DNA of 64,000 nucleotides from Octopus sinensis (Eukaryota), in contig NC_042999.1 in assembly GCF_006345805.1 (NCBI RefSeq), positions 31,124,001-31,188,000 on the forward strand, written 5' to 3'. Below, one piece after another: positions 54,246 to 64,000 of this stretch (positions are counted from its first letter, which is position 1; each line of letters starts with the position of its first letter). A program made the position numbers and the translations under genes. Below the pieces are notes generated by a model. It was not told the origin of the DNA, did not search any database, and saw only the letters and a program-made list of their open reading frames with translations.

Positions 54246-55054
54246 CTAGTATATTTGCCTGTGTATCTATGAGTATGTTTTACTGTCTAGTCTCAGTTTA
54301 ACCTTGGTCCAGTGCATGCTAGCCATAACTATTACATCTTCTCAGAGAAAGTTACATTGTCTAAATTGTTTTGTATTTTAAGTCAATTCAAAATGTGATA
54401 TTTAATAGGTATATTTGGTATATCTATCAAGAAGTATAGACACTACGTAGGAACTACATTTTGCTCGTTAGTTATTTGTGCCAGTGAGTGTATATTGGGA
54501 TATTGCCTTGCACATGTGAGCGTGAGGCTAAGAATGTGAAGGACGTGTGTACAATTGCTTGTATGCAAATGTATTTCCAAACATGAGGGTATGTGAGCAC
54601 AGGAGCTCGTATGTAAATGCATTTCCAAAGTTTAGTCTTCAATTTAATAACTGGAAATAATACAAGGATACAGATAATATGGAAACACAAGGTTAAAATA
54701 AACGATATACGGAATACCAAAAAATACTATTTTTGGTGTGAAAAAAGGACAAATTCTCAAAGTGTTCATAAACCCTTAGAAGATACTCGTATTTAGAAAA
54801 TGATACAGTAATGTAAACATTTATGAGTTTGCAATAAAATGGAAAAACTTTAAATGTTTATCCTCGAATGATAAAAGCATAAATTAGGTTTGACACATAT
54901 AACACATACTCACATACATAATTATGCATATTACATAAGCAGAGTGTGTGTGTATAAGCACGTGCGTCAGCATGTGTCTATATGTGTATATATACATAAT
55001 ATAGGTGTCTGCATATATACACACATGTAACGTGTATACTTTTAATAGATATCA

Positions 55055-55420
55055 GTTATGTTTTACTAGTTTCAGTCTTTAGTTTCCAGTCATGCTGGGG
55101 TATTATATTGAAGAATTTTAGTCGAAGGAATCGACCCCAAAATTTTTCTTTTTAAAGTCTGGTACTTATTCTATCCAGCGCTCTTGTCTAACCGCTAAGT
55201 TACAGGTCGTAAAGACACCAAGACCTGTTTTCAAGCGGTGATGATTGGACAAACACACCGGGACATATATATGTACAACAAGTTTCTTTCAGCTTCCGTC
55301 TACCAAATCCACTGATAATGATTTTGTCGGCCCGATGCTATATTAGAAGACACTTGCCTTAATTACCACTCAGCGGGACTAAACTCGGAACCATCTGATA
55401 GGGGGGAAAATTTCTTGCGC
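55055..55420 (-). mobile_element. SINE family C, degenerate
   Basis: gaatcgacccc..ggtacttattctatc..accgctaagttac..ttccgtctaccaaatccact..gaagacacttgcc. Confidence 0.75.
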
Positions 55421-55870
55421 ACACTTTCATACACATAGAAGCGTTACAATATCTGATAAAATGCTTTGCCGTTTTTCCTCCTCTTGAAGGTGGCTGCAGG
55501 CAGACTTTACCTTCAGAGTTTAAATTCCGCTGAGGTTGACTTTACCGTTTGTCCTTTCGAGGTCGATACAATAAGAAGGATTTGAGTACTGGGGTCAATG
55601 AAAACGTCTTTTCCCTAATCTGATATCTGCTTATCTACATAAAAATCTGTCTACAAGTTTATTATTGGTATCTATGTGAATGCGCATGCAATCACACACA
55701 CACCGTCACATACACAGATGTGTACACCGTCACGCCCAAACATACACATATGACGAACTTCAAATGTTGTGCCCTTTATTAGTTATTGGTCAACTCGAAG
55801 CGAATACTGCGAAATCTTGTCGGAGAAGTTTCACACAGTCAAACATGAAAACATGTTCACACAGATATAT

Positions 55871-55935
<65 letters not shown>

Positions 55936-56098
55936 GTAAATATACATACATAATATATATATTTGTATATACGTATGTATATATTCGTACATACGTATAT
56001 ATGTATACGTATACATGTGTGAGTATATATGTAATTATATGCATGTCTACTTGCCGATGCATCTACCTACCTACCTACCTACCTACCTACCTACCTAC

Positions 56099-56138
<40 letters not shown>

Positions 56139-56654
56139 TAATCTATCTATCAATCTATCTATCCATCATCTATCTATCTATCTATCTATCAATTCATCTT
56201 ACTGTTTCCTTTCTCTCGTAACAAAACAATCTCATTTCGCACGTAGATTCTCTTTACTTTTATAAAGTTATTTTCCTCTAATTCAATCAGCTGCCACTTT
56301 TAATGTTTCAAATGTTTTTCTCAATGTATTTATGCATCATACATTCATTCACTTCTGCGCAAAAATGTATAGTGATGACAATTATATTTAAAGAAAAGAC
56401 TATAAATTAGATTATTTTCATGTCGATAGAGTTGTTTGAGTAGAGTGTCATTATGAATATATATGCATGTTTCCAAATCACATTTCACAGCCATCTACAA
56501 ACATAAAGTCTTCTTCAAGGAAGCGTAGAATGTCAGTGAATGAACATGCTTAAGACTAAGCAAACGTAGAAAAAGAGAAACGGAGATGGAAATACGACAT
56601 ATCCAGCGTAATTCCTTTGACTGCTCGTTCAGAAAAGACTAATTGATAAGTGAA

Positions 56655-56732
<78 letters not shown>

Positions 56733-57440
56733 CAGATTAAAGATTTTAATTATTTTTCTTACGTTATTACAAGATATCTAATACTGAAACTTCGTGTATA
56801 ATTTCATACGCCTCGGCTAGTTTTATTATTTATTGCAAATCATCAAATATTTAAAACTACAATAAGAATGTAACATGAATGAGTTAAATTTTGCAAACAT
56901 CAGATATTTTGCGAGCGTAAACAGAAAAGCAAAACCGCACGAGATGCTTGAATGACACACCGACTTTTAATTTAGTGATAAATACAATTATGGATATATA
57001 TACATATATGAGAAGAAATATATATATATATATATATATATATGAGAACAAAAGAGATAAAATAACAATGGGAAACTCGAGGTTTACACTGGCATGTATT
57101 TAATTAAATAGGTAGTTATATATTGTTACTATTATGTTAAACTCTCGTATGTCCAAATATTTATATTTGTTTCCAATCCCCAGTTCTTTTGGTCAGATTA
57201 TCGTATCTCCAGTTGCTTTTGATGCAACGATATCAAAAATTGTGAAAGGGTTGTGCAACAGTTTTGCTATGGAATGGTGAAGTTAAATTTTCGTCTTCCG
57301 AAAAAGTAACGTTTTAGACCTACGACACATTTTGCGTCACAACAACAACGATATATATATATATATATATATTGATAAAACGGTAAGATAACAAAAGAAA
57401 GAAAGAGACCTCAATATTATGTAAATAGAGGAAATTTATC

Positions 57441-57512
57441 TATACAATATGTTACATTACTCGGTAGTCAAGATAATTATCTTGACTACCGAGTAATGTA
57501 ACATATTGTATA
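57441..57512. repeat. Perfect 72-bp palindrome with no loop
   Basis: TATACAATATGTTACATTACTCGGTAGTCAAGATAA|TTATCTTGACTACCGAGTAATGTAACATATTGTATA. Confidence 0.96.
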
Positions 57513-57524
57513 TATAAATATATA

Positions 57525-57564
<40 letters not shown>

Positions 57565-57664
57565 AAGAAATTAGTCTAGGTTTCGTGTGAAGGTAATGAA
57601 ACATTTTTCTTCTTTGAATTCATTTCGGGCAATGTTAAATACCGCGGGGCCTTAAATAATAATA

Positions 57665-57709
<45 letters not shown>

Positions 57710-57727
57710 AAAAGTAAAAAGTAAGTT

Positions 57728-57925
57728 ATTTCTCGAGTCATACCAACTCATTAGGGCCGGTTTAATGGTTTCATAGATGCTGGTCCGTTGCAAAATTACT
57801 CGTTTGTGCCAGCTGGGTGGTCTGGAGCAATGTGCTATAAAGTGTTTTGCTAAAAAAACCGGTTGCCTGGTCTAGGAATCTAAACCCAAATCTTATGATC
57901 AGGAATCCAACATCCTAACCAAGCA
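57728..57925 (-). mobile_element. CORE-type SINE, degenerate
   Basis: gccagctgggtggtctggagcaatgtg..aagtgttttgct..cctaacca. Confidence 0.6.
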
Positions 57926-57974
57926 TTTCCGCTTCACACATACACGCACACACACACACGAAGATATATATATG

Positions 57975-58107
57975 ATGAGTTTCTTTCAATTTCCGTCTCT
58001 CAAATCCACTGAAGAGCCTGGTCGGCCCGAGGCAGCAGTAGATGGCACTTGCGCAAGGTGCCACGCAGTGCAACTGAAGCCGGAACCATGTGGTTGGGAA
58101 GCAAGTT
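57975..58107 (-). mobile_element. SINE family C head fragment
   Basis: ttccgtctctcaaatccact..gtcggcccgaggc..cacttgcgcaaggtgccacgcagtg..ggaaccatgtggttgggaagcaag. Confidence 0.78.
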
Positions 58108-59799
58108 TTAAAACAGAATTTACCTAAGATTGACCAAGAATGTACACAGCTCTTTATCTACCTAGAAACAGCAGCTTAATCTTACTTCAACTCACTATCT
58201 GACTAGTTAAAAATGGATTGTTACACTTAACAATATATTATAGTTATAAAATAAAGCCTGTTTGAAATAGAAACAGACGGGATGATCACGGATGAAAACC
58301 ATTTGATCATATACTTTTCAGGATTGATCTGGGATCAAACAGCAGTAGCAGCCACTCAAAATTACAAACAATGCTCATATGATAATCTACATAACTTACG
58401 CAGTACGAAGAATTTCATGATAATCATTCTTCAAGTATGCGTCCTCAAAGTAAAATGCTGTACTTCATTATGGTAATCAAACCTTGAAATCTTGAATAGG
58501 TCTTGAACAAATCAGTCGAAAATATCTTTCTATAATTTAGTATATATCCGATCTTCCTTCTGAATTATTTTTGAACACCACAGCAAAGAAAGCAAACATC
58601 CTATGCCAAAGTGATACTTGTATGTGGGTACTTTGCGTGGGTACTTTGTATGGGTACTTTTTCGTAGTAACCATATGTCGCTCACATATTCTGCCTGTAA
58701 ACTTTGAATGATGTGGGCTTAGATACCTCTTAAAACTGGCTCTATTTCTGGTTGTTTCAACTTGTTATCTGCTCGATCAGCGCTGATCTGGCGTCAATCA
58801 AATACAAGAGCAATAATCAACGATTTCCCGCCAGTGGTCGATAGAAGTTTTCGCTGCAAGTCAGCTGTATCTGGAGATATGGCTTTTTTCAAAAGGAGCT
58901 TTTTATAAGATTATGTATGTTGCACCACTTCACCCTGTTTAAAATATTGATTTATTCTAATTTTCAATTTACCTAAATGTCCTGAATTTCAAGCGAGCGG
59001 GGAATCGAAGGGTTGTCCTTATATAAGGATACTTGTAGCGTCATAAAAGAGAAAAAAATTTCAGATGGGAATTGTAATATCTCTTTGAAAATAGTCTGAT
59101 TGAAGCTTCTTCCTGCTCTACGGCGCCTAACATTTTAAACCACATCAATTATTCATTACCATTATATAAACAGAAATGGTTTTGCTGACATGATAATGGT
59201 TTATATGTTAGAATTTCAGTTCTAATGTACGTTCGCTCTAAATATTTGACATGCGCATTTTATAAAATGTATGATTAAATTAAATGATTACAATATTTGT
59301 CAATTTTTAGCGAAATTAAGATTGAAATACCCATCCAGTTAGATAGATTAATAATATTTTACATTCGATACTACTTTTGGTTCAAAAGTTCTGTTTTAAA
59401 TAAAATGTGACTTGTCATGTTCATATAATCTTTAACTGGATAGATTTTATCGTTGAACACGTGTATGTTTCATAACCGGGTTAAAACATATGTTAGTCTT
59501 CTGCGGTACTACTGGAACAGGAGATTTCGAGTTCTGAAAGGAAATAAATTGTGAAAAATGGTTTGTGGATTTTCAGAAAGGAATCATAATCCTGGTGACC
59601 TGTTGAGGAGAGTTTTGTTCAATATATTTTCTACTAGAGGCAGAAAGGAAGTGACTTCGTGGGGCATCTTTGATTATGCTTTGGTGACTTATGTAAGACA
59701 AAATGTTCCGGCATTGGTTTTGCTAGAATTTGAACTCCGACTGTAAAGGAATAAATTTTAAAATGGCCTATCCACTTGCCGGGTATCTTACGATTATGA

Positions 59800-59843
<44 letters not shown>

Positions 59844-59894
59844 TATATTGTGAGAGAGAGAGAGAGAAAGAAAGAGAGAGATGGCGACAGTATC

Positions 59895-59944
<50 letters not shown>

Positions 59945-61697
59945 ACTTCAGCAATGTAACTACACACGTGCTGTTCGTGATTTCTTTCCCTTCTTTGCAC
60001 TTCTCCTTTTCTCTTTCCCGACTAAGGGCTATGCTCCAAACGTCAAACACTCTCTCTTTTTATTGAAAGTCAAACTAATACATTCCTTTTGCACGTCGTC
60101 TTGTAGTCTCTTATTGTTCATTTTATTGTTTGTTTATTTGAATGAACAATATATATTAGAGAGAGAGCTTGGGAGAGAGAAATAAAGAGAGAGACAGAGA
60201 CAGACAAACAGACAGACGTACAGAGAGGATGGGAGAGGGAGAAAGAGAAAGTGAAGAGAGTGAGGGGAGAGATGTAAAAATGTAAAATGAGAACTTGACG
60301 TTTACTTGGTGAGATTGTTGATATGTCGATGTGTTGATGTTGGTATTTAGTTTAATAATCTCAGTAAAGATGAAAGGCAACTCTTGTGGGATCGGAATCC
60401 GGGTGTTGAGTAACAGCAATCAATGCTGTAAGGTATTTAATCTGTTTCATTAATATACCTGTCATTCTAACTCAATTAGAATGTTGATAGAAACAGTGAA
60501 CGAGGGAGATGTAAAGGATTATGTGAAATGCCGACAAGCATGCTTTTAACACGATGCACTTTGAACAGCTGCTTGAAGCAATTTCACTTCAATTACACAC
60601 GAGTTAATGCCCTTGGGAAAGGTATGAATCTGAAATTTTCTCATTTCTTCTCTCCTAAATAATACTCTTGTGCCTACTCAAAAGAAACTAATAATAACAG
60701 CAACAGTGTCGAGAAAAATAATGTTTTTTTTTTCAAAATCTTGAGAATAAAAAGCTAAATTAAACACAGCAATAAACCGTAAAATCATCAACAATGAAAA
60801 ACCTTCTACAGCAAGAACAACAAAATACAAGGACAACAACAACACCGACAATAGTATCTGAGGTGTGCCGGTAACAGTTTCAAGAGAATAATCTAAAACC
60901 CCAGAATAGTTGTTGTGTCGAACATTGTTGCGCTTACTACTACTACTACTACTACTACTACTACAGTTTATTATTTCCACAAACTCTGGCAACACTTCAA
61001 TGGTCAGCAGTTTCCAAAGATATTTTTATCACAGAAAAGCTAATAAACGAAACGAAAAAAAAAAAACGGAAAAGAAGAACCGAAAAGGAATAAAAAGTAG
61101 TACTAAAACATGCCTGAACAGTGTTGCCGACACGCTTCAATGTATGTCGAACGTTTATTGGCAGATTTCATTGATGACCAACGAGAACGCAAACATGCTC
61201 CTCAAAGTTCATTTAATTGACACATCCGAATGTAATTTCAAGCTTCTATAAAAGCAACAACGACAAACATTGTTCTGTAAACTGATCATGTTTCCTCATA
61301 AATGTACTCATGCAATGTTCGAGTAGATAATATGTTTGTTCGTTTCTCGTCTGATAACATGCCAGTTAACATCTACTTGACTTATGCTTCAAATTGTCCA
61401 AGGCGGGCAATTTGGCATCTTAACTACCAAGTTAGAACTTAAATAAAATTAGGATGATTTGGTGGAGAAATACAGGACATTCCTACACGTAATTTCATTG
61501 ATTGATAATTGGTACGATTCAAATGTATCAAAATAGAAGTATGAGAAGCAAATATGGTAGATCAGAAGAATTTGTTAGAGACGCTATATTTTCGGTTGAT
61601 TTGCCCCCTTGACACTCGAGCCACATTCCTAGTGCCCCACCTCCACTGAGCACCATACACGTAGACCACTTTCTGCAGCAAATCGAAAAGAATATTT

Positions 61698-62110
61698 GGA
61701 TCTTTTCGATTTGAACAGCAGTTTTTTCGAGCGGTGTCATATGACTCTAGTATCGATCTATTGCATTTCAATCTGTTTTAGGGTTAGGGTTAGTTAGGGT
61801 TAGAGTTAGGGGTGGGGGGAAGGGTATCTTTTTTTCTTCACAAATGTAAATAAACCCAATCTGTTTCTTAAACGAGGGACATATTCATACGGCACAGAAT
61901 GTATTTTACCTCAATGGACGTCACTGATTGGTTGAAATTGCAGAAATTGAAGAAAAAAAAGCAACAAATATCTTACAAACTATAGAATTTTCTCAATAAA
62001 GCCAAGAGAAAAAGATGTTTTATAAACACATTCTACAACTATACGAAGTTTAAAATTTTTTAGTTACCTAGAAATTATGTTAAAAACTGCCGTTCAAACC
62101 GAAAAGATCC
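61698..62110. mobile_element. MITE of the same family as 13905-14322, in opposite orientation
   Basis: TIRs GGATCTTTTCGATTTGAACAGCAG / CTGCCGTTCAAACCGAAAAGATCC. Perfect 8-bp TSD GAATATTT at 61690-61697 and 62111-62118. TTAGGG-like run at 61778-61812. Confidence 0.93.
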
Positions 62111-64000
62111 GAATATTTTACAAATAAAATTAACCCAATTAAATGATTAATTTTTAGGGGGTGCGGGGATTATATTCATCGCCCTCTTTTGGTCAGCCCC
62201 AATCTTGATCTTTCCGCCGCCTTCAGTGGTGGGGGCAGTATTGCCTACTTTGAAAATCGATGTCTTAAACAACGTCACAAACAGTGACGAACGACGCGTA
62301 CCGTAAGAGATTCCAGGTATAGTCCAGTTTACGGTTAATCACTGCAAGTAGTTAGAAGCATTAATGTTCGCTTAGAGTGAGCAACCCCGGTGTAATTATT
62401 CTGGTGGATAAATCTGGGTTCGCTTCGCTGGATTATGAATATTTTCGGGAGTGCAAATTCGAAAAAAATAACAAAGAATACGAAGGCTGTTATATAAAGA
62501 TGCATAGCCGAATACTTTGGGTTGTGTATACAACCCACAATATCCTGCTATGCATCTTCATACAGTGTCTTTTCACAAGCTTGATCCGAACCAATCAATA
62601 CACACGCACACACACACAACATAGACTCACTATATATATATATATACTCGGATAAACAAGATGATTATGTGATTCAAGCTGAAAGGAATTCATAGGCTCT
62701 CATATTTAGGGTTAATGATAAACTAATCAACAGTTACAGTGTCATTATCCTATTTTAGTATTTAGAAAATAAAAATAAATGACCGTCACAAATGATACAA
62801 AGCACAAATTGATATATGTACTATCCCATCAAAATATAAGTGTTGGTTACATATTTTCCAAAGCACCAAACCTGCCATTCATATTTATATGTTATATTAT
62901 ACATCTTCATACATAAACTATCATGGATTCAATGGAATATCTTGGCCAGTTAGTGTTTATTTAGCGATATTATTTCTGGTATTCCTTCATGGACCTAGGA
63001 CGTGTCTTCCAGTGAAGTCCATGTATTATTTAAGCGGTTCAATGTATTTTCAAATTGATTCAAACATCATTTTTCGTCCTCCATTAATTTAGTAATAAAT
63101 AGAAAGTGAATTGATAATTTAAATGGAATTAATTTAGGTGTCTTGTTTTATATTTGTTCATTGCTTGACGAATTTCATGTGTAGAAACTGTGCTGAAGTA
63201 TGTTACATACATACACACACACTTAGGCAGAGTTTGAACACAGAATATATAGAACCGGGACATATAATGCAAAACATTTATTCTGTCATTCTGTCAGTCG
63301 AAAAGACTAGTCTGATATATTATTTATCCACTATGAACGTAAGACAAATTTGTCCTCAGTACGATTTGAACGACGACTGCAAAGAACTGCAAGAAACAAC
63401 ACAATGTTTTAATAATTCAGTCTTTTGGTCTCCTATCCCTTTCCTGACTCATTTATTATAAAATTAAAAACGATGGATTGGCAAAAATCTTTGCTCATTA
63501 GTTTAAAGTGATTGTTGCCTGTATCGATTTAAAATCGCGCTGCATCCAGCAGCATATTTTAATAATTCGCAGCAGAAAACGTGACAAACGAATGTATTCA
63601 GCAGCTGATAGTGTTCACTCTTCCCCCTTTGTAATAACATGTAACCTCCCACCATTTCGCCCGTATTCTCTTCCTCCTCTTGAAGATATTCTCACCTGGT
63701 TATTTAATATATTGTTGGCGATGGTCAACTAACCTTTGGTTAATCTATTTTGGATAAATTGAATTCGAACGAAAGTGTTCTAGCTATAAATAGCATTAAA
63801 ATTCAATTATTGTACGTTTCAAGTCATCCTTCTTGTTTTGACGTCGTTATTGCTATATGCTACAATCATAGAGCTGCAGCTATGCTGGGTTGCCGCCTCG
63901 AAGGTTTTAGTCCACCAAATGCAATGGCGTGCTTACTTATTAGGGCTTAGTACTTAATCTATGCTAAGTTACGTAAACAGAAGCATCTATAATTGTCCAG

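Noticed and set aside
61778-61812. True telomere or telomere fusion site
   Set aside because: It is a short TTAGGG run inside a MITE that is present twice in the window.

Overview
This is AT-rich, microsatellite-dense animal DNA with no supportable host protein-coding gene, so it is intergenic or intronic. The tRNA-derived SINE set (CORE-like, Nin/Deu-like and a third central domain) suggests an octopus or other coleoid cephalopod genome; this is an inference. Almost all ORFs in the track are translated (TA)n, (TATC)n, (TTC)n or (TTA)n repeats. Recognisable content: (1) a decayed, internally deleted Tx1/L1-clade LINE in a (TATC)n tract; (2) three R4/Dong-like 3' fragments, each ending at a (TAA)n tract; (3) a CR1/L2 fragment; (4) two copies of a ~415-bp MITE with 8-bp TSDs and internal TTAGGG repeats; (5) many modular SINEs; (6) several fold-back structures, including a 3.1-kb palindrome. 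The best candidate for an undescribed system is at 19165-19738. It is a tRNA-headed (Pol III) element carrying a minimal Penelope-type hammerhead ribozyme, arranged as an inverted partial copy plus a head-bearing copy, i.e. a putative Penelope-mobilised ribozyme SINE or retrozyme. A second hammerhead-like cassette with Pol II promoter motifs lies at 37861-38212. A SINE tail also matches the 3' end of the Tx1 LINE. All alignments and folds were done by eye; boundaries of degenerate repeats are approximate.
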